Source: an uncultured Candidatus Rokubacteria bacterium
Lineage (GTDB): Bacteria > Methylomirabilota > Methylomirabilia > Rokubacteriales > CSP1-6
DNA length: 64,000 bases
Direction of reading: 5' to 3'
Assembly (NCBI GenBank): GCA_963762145.1
Contig: CAVXJS010000011.1
Coordinates: forward strand, 899,621-963,620
In this document: in pieces, positions 40,667 to 50,184 of the stretch
How the letters are laid out: each line of letters opens with the position of its first letter
Position numbering within the stretch: position 1 is the stretch's first letter
The notes under the pieces: model-generated
Databases searched by the model: none
What the model saw: the letters and a program-made list of their open reading frames with translations, nothing else
Told to the model about the DNA's origin: nothing
Program-made: the position numbers and the translations under genes

Positions 40667-40760
40667 CGGGCAAGATACTGGCCGCAGACCCCTTCCCGGT
40701 CAAGGCCGGCGGCTGCTATGGTCTCTACCCTGAGCCCATCTCCGGAGAGGAGCCGCCCCT

Positions 40761-41546
40761 GTGCCGTCTCGCGAGGACGTGATCACGGTAGGAGAAACGA
40801 AGGTGCAGGTTGTGATCGGAGGCCAGGGCGATCCCCTGGTCGTGCTGCACGGCGCCGGCGGCAACCGGGGGTGGCGGCGCTGGATGGAGGCGGTGGGACG
40901 ACGCTACACGGTCTACGCGCCCACGCATCCCGGGTTCGGCCGCTCCGACGCGGCCGACTGGATGGAGTCGATCGACGATCTCGCCCGCTTCTACCTCTGG
41001 TTCCTCGACGCGATGGGGCTCTCGAAGGTGCACCTGCTCGGCCACTCGATCGGCGGATGGACCGCGGCCGAGCTGGCCACCATGCGCCCCGATGTGATCG
41101 ACCGCCTGGTCCTGGTGAGCCCGACCGGACTCAAGCCCGACGAGGGCGAGATCCGCGACATCTTCTTCTACCCGCCCGAGGAGCTGCTCAAGTTCAACGT
41201 GCACGATCCGGCCACCGTGCCCGAGTGGGCCGAGCTCTTCGGCGGCAAGCCGGGGCCGGCCGAGATCGAGATCGCGCTGCGCAACCGGGAGATGGCGGCG
41301 CGCCTCACCTGGAAGCCCTACATGTTCAACCCGCGGCTGCCCCACTTCCTGCCGCGCGTGCCGAACCCGACGCTCGTCGTCTGGGGCCGCCAGGATCAGA
41401 TCGTGCCGGTGATCTGCGGCGAGCAGTACCGCCGGCTGCTGCCCAACGCGACGCTGCGCGTGCTCGAGCGCTGCGGTCACCTGCCCCCGATCGAGCAGCC
41501 GGACGTGTTCGCGGACCTCGTGCTGGACTTCCTGGGGAGGGCCTGA
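40761..41546 (+). CDS. Alpha/beta hydrolase
   Basis: HGAGG, GHSIGG, GRQD, CGH triad. Confidence 0.9.
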   Translation: MPSREDVITVGETKVQVVIGGQGDPLVVLHGAGGNRGWRRWMEAVGRRYTVYAPTHPGFGRSDAADWMESIDDLARFYLWFLDAMGLSKVHLLGHSIGGWTAAELATMRPDVIDRLVLVSPTGLKPDEGEIRDIFFYPPEELLKFNVHDPATVPEWAELFGGKPGPAEIEIALRNREMAARLTWKPYMFNPRLPHFLPRVPNPTLVVWGRQDQIVPVICGEQYRRLLPNATLRVLERCGHLPPIEQPDVFADLVLDFLGRA

Positions 41547-41547
41547 C

Positions 41548-42679
41548 GTGAAGCTCTACTACTTCAGCGAGATGCCGCACCACGAGTATCCGGACGCCGA
41601 GGGCGACAAGTACCCGTCGCTGCGCCTGGCCTTCCCCAACACCTTCTTCTCGCCGGAGGTCGCCCAGCGCAACTACCGGCGCTATCTCGACGAGTACGAC
41701 TTCGCCGATCAGGCCGGCTTCGACGGCCTGATGATCAACGAGCACCACTCGACGCCCTCCTGCGTCAACGTCTCGGCCAACATGACGGCCGGGATCCTCG
41801 CCCGCACCACCCGGCGGGCGAAGATCCTGATCCTCGGCAACATCCTTCCGATCCAGGAGAACCCGGTCCAGATGGCGGAGCAGGTCGCGATGGCCGACCT
41901 CATCTCCGGCGGCCGCGTGCTGAGCGGGTTCGTGCGCGGGGTGGGCGTCGAGAGCTGGTGGGCGAACACGAACCCGGTGCACAACCGCGAGCGCTTCGAG
42001 GAGTGCCACGATCTGATCATCAAGTGCTGGACCACGCCCGGGCCGTTCCGCTGGGAGGGCCGGCACTATCACTTCCGCCACGTGAACCCGTGGTGCCTGC
42101 CGCTGCAGAAGCCCTACCCGCCGATCTGGGTGCCGGGCACCGCGAGCCCGGAGACCGCGGTGTGGGCCGGCCGCATGGGCTATACCTACGTGCCGTTCCT
42201 GGTCTCGTTCGAGGTGGCGCGCGAGCTCTTCGACTTCTACCGGCAGGGGGCGGCGGAGGCCGGCCGCACCGTCACTCCGGACAAGCTCGGCTTTCTCATC
42301 TGCGCGGTGACCGCGGACACGAAGGCCAAGGCGCTCGAGGCCGGCCGCCACTTCGTGTGGCGGATGGGGCCGACGCTGCGCGGCCCGATCGAGTACTTCT
42401 CTCCCGGTCGGCATGCGCTCGCGGGCGGCCAGCCAGTTCGCGCTCAAGGCGCGCTCGGTCTCGCTGTCGAAGATGACCTACGAGGAGCTGGTCGAGAACT
42501 ACTACATCGTGGCCGGCACGCCCGACGAGGTGGCGGACCGCTTCGCCCACGTGCAGAAGGAGCTGGGAATCGGCCACCTGCTCCTGGAAGCCCAGGAGTC
42601 GCGCATGGACCACCCGACGACCATGCGGTCCATCGAGCTGATGGGCAAGAGCGTCATCCCCGCGATGGCGGGGCTGTAA
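41548..42679 (+). CDS. LLM-class flavin-dependent oxidoreductase (frameshift near 42405)
   Basis: GFDGLMINEHH, PLQKPYPPIWVPG; C-terminus in ORF 42413-42679. Confidence 0.88.
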
Positions 42680-42688
42680 GCCGCGTCG

Positions 42689-42994
42689 CTAGACGCGCTC
42701 GAGGAAGGCGCGGTCCTCGACGAGGATGCAGCCCGCCTCCTCGGCGCGGCGGATGGCGTCGAGATTGTCGTCGTCCTTCGCGAGCCGCTCGCGGTACTGC
42801 TCGTACGCCGCGAGGCTCGGGAAGTCGATCAGGGCCAGCGCCTGGTTGGTCGGGCCCGCGAATCTGGTCGGCAGCCAGTAGCCCACGAGGTCGCCGCCGC
42901 AGCGCGGGACGATCCCGCCCAGGGCGCGCGCGTACTGCTCGAAGTCCGACCGCTTCCGGGCGTCGATCGTGTAGCGGATGCTCAGCGTGATCAT
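42689..42994 (-). CDS. NIPSNAP-family protein
   Basis: FEQYA...GGDLVGYW...FPSLAAYEQYR. Confidence 0.8.
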   Translation of the reverse strand: MITLSIRYTIDARKRSDFEQYARALGGIVPRCGGDLVGYWLPTRFAGPTNQALALIDFPSLAAYEQYRERLAKDDDNLDAIRRAEEAGCILVEDRAFLERV

Positions 42995-43686
42995 GGTCGC
43001 TCCTCCCATCGCAGGTTGAAGACCTTCGCCAGCTGCGCCCGCCCGAGCGGGGTGACGACCACGGACCGCGTCTCCCGCACGCGGCGCACCCAGCCGCGGT
43101 CGAGGACCAGCTTGGCCAGCGCCAGGCCGACCGGACCGGCCACGTGCGGTCGGCGCTCGGTCCAGTCGATGCACCGGCGCGCGGATGCCTCGCCGCGTCG
43201 CGGCCGCACCACGATGCCCAGCCCGTGGAGCGAGCGGGTCCCCGTCGGGGTGACCCGGTACCGGTGGCCGTCGTCCTCGATCCAGCGCTGGGCGATCAGC
43301 GCGTCGGCCAGGGCGACCCCCAGCCGACCGGCCAGATGCCCGTAGCAGGTGCGCGCGCTCTTGAGCCGCCGCGCCGAGTCGGCCATCCCGTTGCCGGTGG
43401 GCGGCTGCGCCGGCACGGGGGCGACGACGGAGAGCGCCTCGACGGCGTGACCCACATCGGCGCCGGCCAGCCGGTAGTAGCGCCAGCGCCCCTGTCGCTC
43501 GACCCGCAGGAGGCGGCCCGCGATGAGCTTGGCCAGGTGGTTGCTCGCGGTCTGGGCGGAGATTCCGGCCCGGGCGGCCAGCTCACCCGCCGGCCGCGCC
43601 TCGCCACCGGCCAGCGACAGGCACATGGCGGCGCGGGAGGGATCGGCCAGGAGATTCGCCACGAACGCGATGTTGGGCTCGGTCAT
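42991..43686 (-). CDS. ArsR-family winged-helix regulator
   Basis: ADPSRA, AGELA...TASNHLAKL, ARTCYGHLAGRLG, CIDWTERRPH. Confidence 0.88.
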   Translation of the reverse strand: MTEPNIAFVANLLADPSRAAMCLSLAGGEARPAGELAARAGISAQTASNHLAKLIAGRLLRVERQGRWRYYRLAGADVGHAVEALSVVAPVPAQPPTGNGMADSARRLKSARTCYGHLAGRLGVALADALIAQRWIEDDGHRYRVTPTGTRSLHGLGIVVRPRRGEASARRCIDWTERRPHVAGPVGLALAKLVLDRGWVRRVRETRSVVVTPLGRAQLAKVFNLRWEERP

Positions 43687-43759
43687 CGAGCCCAAGCTTA
43701 GCGCGCCCGAGGCGCCGATGTTTCACGAGGCGACGAAGACAAATATCCCGCATCCGGCC

Positions 43760-44838
43760 CGTCCCAGGCCGAATCCGGCTCACCGCCACTGGTTGACCGC
43801 ACCGACGAGCAGGAGTGACACGCCGACAAGAGCGTGAGACCGGCGAGGATGAGACCGCGCTCCGAGGTTCATGACCTCGGTAGAAGCGCGTGTAGCGAGC
43901 GATCCTCGGGCATGCAGGCCTTCGCTCACGGCGAAGGTTTTCGTGAAGATCGCGAAGAGAATCGTTTGATAGCCGGAAAGGATGCGCCAAGCTCGAGATC
44001 AGGAGGGTGTGGGCATCGAAGGTCCACGCCGTACCAGCTCGTCAGCCCCGGCATGGCGACGCGCATATCCGACGAAGGCCGAGGAGCATCGAGCGCCAGC
44101 CCCGGGATGAGAAAGAGCCAGCGCGGGCGAGTACATGAGGAAGAATCGAAGAGTTCGCCAGCCGTCGCGGAACGTCTTGAGATGCGGCGGGTGCGACCTT
44201 CCGTCCATCGGGGTGGAGCGTGATGGGCACTTCGGCGATCTTTCCTGCCGAAGAGGCTCGCCTTGATGATCATCTCCGTGGCAAACTCCATCCCGGTGCA
44301 ACGCAGATCGAGCCGATCATAGAGGTCCTTGGTGAAGCCGCGGATGCCCGCAGTAGACGTCGTGAATCGGCGCGCCCGGAACCAGCGACGGACGAGCAGC
44401 GAGAACATGGGGATTTCCTAGCCACCGGTGAAGGAACGGCATGGCCCCGGGCAGGATCCGACCGCCGCCCGCCGGGCAGTCGGCAGCCCTGGACGAGATC
44501 GAATCCCTCCCGGAGCTTGGCGACGATATCGCGGGATCTCGAGGAAATCGTAGCTGTCGTCGGCGTCGCCCATGATCACGAAGCGGCCGGAGGCGGCGTC
44601 GATACCGCCCATGAGCGCATTGCCGTAGCCTCGGCTGGGGGACGTTCACGAGCCGCGCTCCCGAGCGAACCGCGATCGCCTGGGAGCCGTCACTGCTGCC
44701 GTTGTCGGCCACGATGACTTCACCGGCGATTCCATGCTCCCGCATGGCGTGCTGCGCCTTGCGAATACACGTTTCCAGGGTATCCGCCTCGTTCAAGCAC
44801 GGCATCACCACCGAGACCTCCAACGAGGGTCGATTCAT
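43760..44838 (-). pseudogene. Glycosyltransferase family 2 remnant, many frameshifts and 3' truncation
   Basis: [37 protein letters not shown] and TFRDGWRTLR fragments in several frames; in-frame stop after AVNQWR. Confidence 0.7.
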
Positions 44839-44914
44839 GGGTGTCGCAGCAGGGGACGGTCGGGCTGGTACCGCGATTAGAACACAGTCGGAGAGGTCCT
44901 GCAGCAAGCGCACC

Positions 44915-44945
44915 TTGACAGGGTTTGGGCTAATGGTTATAAGCA
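44915..44945 (+). promoter_or_regulatory. Promoter with GntR/HutC-type operator
   Basis: TTGACA (44915-20), 17 bp, TATAAG; near-palindrome TGGTTATAAGCA overlaps the -10. Confidence 0.55.
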
Positions 44946-44958
44946 TAAGCCATTCAGG

Positions 44959-45732
44959 ATGCTCCTCTCGGCGCCGGCGCGGCTTCAGACCGATAGCGGA
45001 GACCCCACGCCGCTCTACTTCCGCCTGAAGACCCTCCTCAACCGCGGCATCGAATCCCTCGCGCATCCACCGGGGAGCCGGTTGCCCAGCGAGCGCCGCC
45101 TGGCCGAGCTCTACGGCGTCAGCCGGGTCACCGTGCGCCAGGCGCTGGACAGCATGCGGCGCGAGGGGTCGGTGCGCCGGGCGCGCGGCCGGCGAGGCGG
45201 GACGTTCGTGCTGTCCGGCCGCGGGCGGGCTGCCGCGCCGCCGTCCGGCTCGTTCGAGAGCCTGTTCTCGATGCGGCACGTCCGGCGCGTCGAGATCCTC
45301 GCGCACGACCGGCGCCGGGGCAGCGAGGAGATCTGCGCGACCCTCGGGCTCCCCGCGGACAGCGTCGTGGTCTATAACGAGCGGCGGCTGGTGGGCGTCG
45401 ACGGCCCCATCGCCCACGTTCGCGTGTTCATGCCGCTCGAGGTCGGCGCGCGCGTGCGGCGGCGGGATCTCCAGCGCCGCCTGCTCCAGGAGATCCTGCT
45501 CACCACGTCCGGGATCCAGGCCACCGGGATGCGCGACGAGATCCGGGCCTGTCTGGCCGATAGCTGGGCGGCCCAGACGCTCGACGTGGGCCTCGGGTAC
45601 CCGCTCCTCGACGTGCGCCGGGCCCTCCTGGGCCCCGAGGGCGCGCCGCTGCACTACTCGCTGATCCTGATCGCGAGCGAGCGGTTCACGATGGCGCTCG
45701 AGCAGCATCTGAGCGGCCCGGAGGCCCTGTGA
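44959..45732 (+). CDS. GntR-family (HutC/UTRA) regulator
   Basis: LPSERRLAELYGVSRVTVRQAL plus a UTRA-like C-domain. Confidence 0.88.
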   Translation: MLLSAPARLQTDSGDPTPLYFRLKTLLNRGIESLAHPPGSRLPSERRLAELYGVSRVTVRQALDSMRREGSVRRARGRRGGTFVLSGRGRAAAPPSGSFESLFSMRHVRRVEILAHDRRRGSEEICATLGLPADSVVVYNERRLVGVDGPIAHVRVFMPLEVGARVRRRDLQRRLLQEILLTTSGIQATGMRDEIRACLADSWAAQTLDVGLGYPLLDVRRALLGPEGAPLHYSLILIASERFTMALEQHLSGPEAL

Positions 45733-45818
45733 CCCGCGCGCCGCGATCCGGCACGTTGCCTGGCCGCCGCCGGCCGCGCCCTGGTGACATCACCCCGAAT
45801 TCCCACCACTGGAGGCAG

Positions 45819-46820
45819 ATGATGCGACGCACCTGGATGTTCGTGGCTCTCCTCGTCGTCGTGGCGCTCGCGGGCGACGCGCTCGCGCAGCAGCCCAAGT
45901 ACGTGCTGCGGTTCTCCTCACCCAACTCGAAGGAGCACGCGTGGGGCCGCGGGGCCGAGAAGTTCAAGCAGCTCGTGGCCGAGGGCACCCGCGGCCAGGT
46001 CGAGGTGCAGATCTACCACTCCAACTCGCTGGGCGCCACGCGGGAGAGCCTCGAGATGGTCCGGCTCGGCACGGTGGACTTCGTCCTGTGCGGGGTCGCC
46101 CACCTGTCCCGGTTCGTGCCCGAGATGGGCACTCTGGTGCTGCCGTACCTGTGGAAGGACACCGATACGATGTTCGGTGCCCTCGACGGGCAGATGGGCC
46201 AGGTCATCGAGCCCCTGCTCCTCGAGAAGGGCTTCAAGGTCGTGGGCTGGTGGGATAACGGCTTCCGCAATGTCTCGAACAACAAGCGGCCGATCAAGAC
46301 GCCGGAAGACCTCAAGGGCCTCAAGCTCCGCACGCTGCCGACCAAGGTCCACATCGCCTTCTTCCGCGCGCTCGGCGTCTCGCCGGTGCCGATGGACTGG
46401 GCCGAGGTGTACCCCGCGCTCCAGCAGGGGGTCGTGGACGGACAGGAGAACCCGCCCGGCATCGTGTTCTTCGAGAAGCTGCCGGAGGTGCAGAAGTACT
46501 ACTCGCTGACCCAGCACGTGAACGAGGCGGGCAACGTCCTGATGAGCGCGGCGAGCTGGGGCAAGCTGCCGGCGGACGTGCAGGCCGCCATCATGAGCGC
46601 CGCCAAGCAGACCGCGACGTGGGAGCGGGCGGAGAGCCAGCGCGACAACGAGGAGATCCTCAAGAAGCTGGCCGCCACCGGCATGCAGGTCAACTCGGTG
46701 GCGGAGCCGACCCTCGCGGAGTTCCGGAAGGTGGCCCAGCGGATCTACACCGAGGCGATCCCGGACCTCGGTCCCAAGGGCAAGCAGCTCGTCGACATGG
46801 GCGTCAGCATCAACAAGTAG
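45819..46820 (+). CDS. dctP: TRAP transporter substrate-binding protein
   Basis: Signal peptide, NGFRN, DLKGLKLR, ALQQGVVDGQENP. Confidence 0.92.
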   Translation: MMRRTWMFVALLVVVALAGDALAQQPKYVLRFSSPNSKEHAWGRGAEKFKQLVAEGTRGQVEVQIYHSNSLGATRESLEMVRLGTVDFVLCGVAHLSRFVPEMGTLVLPYLWKDTDTMFGALDGQMGQVIEPLLLEKGFKVVGWWDNGFRNVSNNKRPIKTPEDLKGLKLRTLPTKVHIAFFRALGVSPVPMDWAEVYPALQQGVVDGQENPPGIVFFEKLPEVQKYYSLTQHVNEAGNVLMSAASWGKLPADVQAAIMSAAKQTATWERAESQRDNEEILKKLAATGMQVNSVAEPTLAEFRKVAQRIYTEAIPDLGPKGKQLVDMGVSINK

Positions 46821-46830
46821 CGAGAGCACG

Positions 46831-47313
46831 ATGCCGCGCAGCCTGGTCCGCGTGATCGAGGTGGCCGTCATGGCAGCCATGGCGGTCGTCTCGATCGTGG
46901 TCATGACCGAGGTCATCCTCCGGTACACCGTGGGGGAGACCTTGGTCGTGACCGAAGAGCTGTCGCGGTACCTGATGGTCTGGGTCGCATTCCTTGGCGC
47001 GGTCCTGCTGATGCGCGAGCGCGGTCACATCGCCGCCGCGGGGCTCGGAGGCTGGTTCGGGCCCCGCGGCCGGCGGGTGATCGGCGCCGTCGCCGATCTC
47101 CTGTCCCTGGTGTTCCTGCTCACGCTCACCTGGGCAGGCCTCCAGACGCTGCCAGGTCAACTGGATCAGTATCTGACCACCATCAACATCCCGATTTTTT
47201 GGTTCTATCTGGCCATCCCCGTCGGGTCGGCCCTCATGGCGCTCGTCATCGTGGCGCGGCTGCTCGGGTTCGACGACCCGGCTCCCCCCACCCCGCCGGC
47301 CGCGGAGATCTGA
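46831..47313 (+). CDS. dctQ: TRAP transporter small permease
   Basis: EELSRYLMVW, four TM segments. Confidence 0.88.
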   Translation: MPRSLVRVIEVAVMAAMAVVSIVVMTEVILRYTVGETLVVTEELSRYLMVWVAFLGAVLLMRERGHIAAAGLGGWFGPRGRRVIGAVADLLSLVFLLTLTWAGLQTLPGQLDQYLTTINIPIFWFYLAIPVGSALMALVIVARLLGFDDPAPPTPPAAEI

Positions 47314-47316
47314 CCG

Positions 47317-48606
47317 GTGCTGATCGGCGTGCTGATCGCGGTGTTCGGGCTGACCATGTTCCTGGGCGTGCCGATCGCCTTCTGCCTGGGTCTGGGCGGT
47401 CTCGCCTTCATCGTCCTGTCGGGCGTGGTCCCCATCGCGGTCTTGCCCACCTTGATGTTCTCGGGCATGGACTCGTTCCCGCTCCTGGCCATCCCCTTCT
47501 TCGTGATCGCGGGCGACGTGATGCAGCGGTGCGGCGTGCTCCCCAAGCTGATGGAGTTTGCCAACAGCCTGGTCGGCCACCTGCGGGGCGGCCTGGGCTA
47601 CGTGGTCGTCCTCACCAGCATGCTGTTCGCCGGCGTGACCGGCGTCGCGCTGGCCGAGTGCGCGGCCATCGGCGCCATGGTCGGGCCGAGCATGGTGCGC
47701 CAGGGCTATCCGGGCGGATTCACCTCGGCGGTCATCGCGGGGGGCGCGGTGATGGGTCCGATCATTCCGCCGAGCGTGGCCATGCTCGTGTTCGCCTACG
47801 TCTACGGCGGCGGCATCTCGGTGGGCAAGCTCTTCCTGATGGGTGTGCTCCCCGGCGTGCTGGTCGGCGTGAGCCTGATGCTCCTGGTCGGCATCATCTC
47901 CTGGCGCCGGCAGTATCCGATCAGCGGCGCCCGGTTCTCCCCGCGCCTCGTCCTGCGCACGCTGCGCGGAGCCCTGCTCGGCCTGGCGGTGCCGGTCATC
48001 ATCATCGGCGGCATCCTGGGCGGGGTCTTCACGCCCACCGAGGCGGGCGCGATGGGGGCGCTGTACGGGATCCTGGTCGGCGTGTTCGTCCTGCGCACGC
48101 TGGGGCCGCGCGACCTCCTGGCGAGCCTCATGACCGGGGCCAAGACGAGCGCGATCGTCTACCTGCTGCTCGGCACGTCGAACGTGGTGTCCTGGATCCT
48201 GGTGCGCAACCAGGTGCCGCAGACGCTGGCGCGCTGGTCGCTGGACCTGACCACGTCGCCCTACGTGTTCCTGATCGTCACGATCCTGGTGCTGTTCGCC
48301 CTCGGGACCGCGCTCGAGGCCGTCCCCATCATGATCATGCTGATCCCGGTGCTGGCCCCCGCCGCGATCGCCTACAAGATCGATCCGCACCACCTGGGCC
48401 TCATCGTGGTGATGACCGTGCAGACCGCGCTGCTCACGCCGCCGGTGGCGCTGAGCCTCTACGTCGTGTCCTCCATCGTGAAGTGCCCGATGGAGGAGGC
48501 CAACCGCGAGGTCTGGGTCTTCGTGGCCGCGGTGCTCGGCGTGACCCTGCTGACCGCCATGTGGCCGGCGATGCCGCTGGCCGTGCCGCGGCTCTTCGGC
48601 TTTTGA
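47317..48606 (+). CDS. dctM: TRAP transporter large permease
   Basis: LLAIPFF, IIPPS, GVFTPTEAG, TPPV. Confidence 0.92.
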   Translation: MLIGVLIAVFGLTMFLGVPIAFCLGLGGLAFIVLSGVVPIAVLPTLMFSGMDSFPLLAIPFFVIAGDVMQRCGVLPKLMEFANSLVGHLRGGLGYVVVLTSMLFAGVTGVALAECAAIGAMVGPSMVRQGYPGGFTSAVIAGGAVMGPIIPPSVAMLVFAYVYGGGISVGKLFLMGVLPGVLVGVSLMLLVGIISWRRQYPISGARFSPRLVLRTLRGALLGLAVPVIIIGGILGGVFTPTEAGAMGALYGILVGVFVLRTLGPRDLLASLMTGAKTSAIVYLLLGTSNVVSWILVRNQVPQTLARWSLDLTTSPYVFLIVTILVLFALGTALEAVPIMIMLIPVLAPAAIAYKIDPHHLGLIVVMTVQTALLTPPVALSLYVVSSIVKCPMEEANREVWVFVAAVLGVTLLTAMWPAMPLAVPRLFGF

Positions 48607-48626
48607 GCGCCCCGGGGGAACCGCGC

Positions 48627-49061
48627 GTGGACCGACACATCATCACCAGCCCCAAGGTCATCACGCCCCGGCGCGCCTTCTCGAACGGCGTCCGGGTCGG
48701 CCAGACCCTCTACGTCGCCGGCCAGCTGCCCATCGACCTCGGGGGCAACGTGGTCGGCGCGGGCGACGTCCGCGCGCAGACGCGGCAGGTGCTCGAGAAC
48801 GTGCGCGCCATCGTGGAAGCCGCCGGCGGCACGCTCCGCGACGTCATCAAGACCACGGTCTACCTGACCGACATCGCTCACCACGGCGCGATGAACGAGG
48901 TGTACGCCGAGTTCTTCGTGTCCGAGTTCCCGGCCCGCACCACCGTGCAGGTGGCCGCTCTCGCCCCGGCCCTCAAGGGCGACGGCCATCCGTTCCTGGT
49001 GGAGATCGACGCGGTCGCCATCCTCCCCTCTCACCTGGAGACGACATCGTGTCAACCATGA
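48627..49061 (+). CDS. RidA/YjgF-family protein
   Basis: LYVAGQLP, QTRQVLEN, MNEVYAEFF, PARTTV, VEIDA. Confidence 0.88.
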   Translation: MDRHIITSPKVITPRRAFSNGVRVGQTLYVAGQLPIDLGGNVVGAGDVRAQTRQVLENVRAIVEAAGGTLRDVIKTTVYLTDIAHHGAMNEVYAEFFVSEFPARTTVQVAALAPALKGDGHPFLVEIDAVAILPSHLETTSCQP

Positions 49062-49819
49062 AGACTGGTCCGTTCGAAGGGAAGAGCGTCGCGATCACCG
49101 GAGCCGGACGGGGCATCGCCCGCCAGGTCGCCATCGACTTCGCGGCCGACGGGGCCCGCGTCGCGGTGGTGGACCTCGTGCCCGACCGGGCGCAGGGGGT
49201 GGTCAAGGAGATCCTCGCGGTCGGCGGCGCGGCCATTCCCGTGGTGTGCGACGTCCGCGACGAGGCGTCGGTGCGCGCGATGGTGCGCGAGGTCCTCGGC
49301 GCATACAAGCGCATCGACGTCCTCGTGAACGCGGCAGGCGGCTACACGTTGGGACGCAAGACGCACGAGATGACCGAGGAGGACTGGGACATGGTGGTGG
49401 ACTCCAACCTGAAGGGCACGTTCCTCTGCTGCAAGCACGTGCTGCCTCCGATGATGGAGGCCCGGGGTGGGCGCATCATCAACTTCTCCTCCAACGCGGG
49501 GCGCACGTCGAGCCCGGCGCTCGGGTGCCACTACACCGCGGCCAAGGCCGGGGTGCTCGGCCTCACCCGGCACCTGGCCAAGGAGTACGCCTCCTACAAG
49601 ATCCTGGTGAACACGGTGGCGCCGGGGCCGGCGCGCGTCGAGCGCAACTTCGAGATCCTGAGCGAGGAGTCCCGCGCGCGGCTCCTGGCCGACATGCCCC
49701 TCGGCCGGTTCGCCGAGCCCTCCGACCTGTCCTCGGTGGTTCGCTTCCTCGCCTCGGACGGCGGAGGGTTCATCACCGGAGCCACCATCGACGTGAATGG
49801 TGGCTACGTGATGGTATGA
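49058..49819 (+). CDS. SDR-family oxidoreductase
   Basis: TGAGRGI, NAAG, YTAAK, ITGATIDVNGG. Confidence 0.9.
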   Translation: MKTGPFEGKSVAITGAGRGIARQVAIDFAADGARVAVVDLVPDRAQGVVKEILAVGGAAIPVVCDVRDEASVRAMVREVLGAYKRIDVLVNAAGGYTLGRKTHEMTEEDWDMVVDSNLKGTFLCCKHVLPPMMEARGGRIINFSSNAGRTSSPALGCHYTAAKAGVLGLTRHLAKEYASYKILVNTVAPGPARVERNFEILSEESRARLLADMPLGRFAEPSDLSSVVRFLASDGGGFITGATIDVNGGYVMV

Positions 49820-49822
49820 GCG

Positions 49823-50125
49823 ATGCCGACCTACATGGTGCTGTTTAACTACACCGAGCAGGGCATCCGAGCCATCGACCGCGCGGCCGGCCGCCTCGAC
49901 GGCCTGAAGAAGCGGCTCGGCGAGCTCGGCGGGAACGTCGAGGCGTTCTACCTGACCATGGGTCCCTACGATACGGTCGCGATCCTGAATCTCCCGGACG
50001 ACGCGACCATGGCCGCGCTCTCGCTCTCTCTGGGCGCCTCCGGCAACGTGCGCACCGTCACGATGCGCGCCTTCCCCGAGCCGGAGTACCGCGACATCCT
50101 CCGGAACGTCAAGCTCCCGAGCTGA
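49823..50125 (+). CDS. GYD-domain protein
   Basis: YTEQG, YLTMGPYD, GNVRTVTMRAF. Confidence 0.85.
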   Translation: MPTYMVLFNYTEQGIRAIDRAAGRLDGLKKRLGELGGNVEAFYLTMGPYDTVAILNLPDDATMAALSLSLGASGNVRTVTMRAFPEPEYRDILRNVKLPS

Positions 50126-50139
50126 CGTCGCCCTGGTCG

Positions 50140-50176
50140 TTGACAAGGGCGGCCGCGATGGGCACGATCGCGGCCG
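50140..50176 (+). promoter_or_regulatory. Promoter with overlapping inverted repeat
   Basis: TTGACA (50140-45), 17 bp, CACGAT (50163-68); 10-bp arms cggccgcgat/atcgcggccg span 50150-50176. Confidence 0.55.
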
Positions 50177-50184
50177 GGAAGCCC

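Noticed and set aside
38642-41551. 969-aa plus-strand ORF
   Set aside because: Antisense or off-frame shadow of the PPOX, serine hydrolase and alpha/beta-hydrolase genes.
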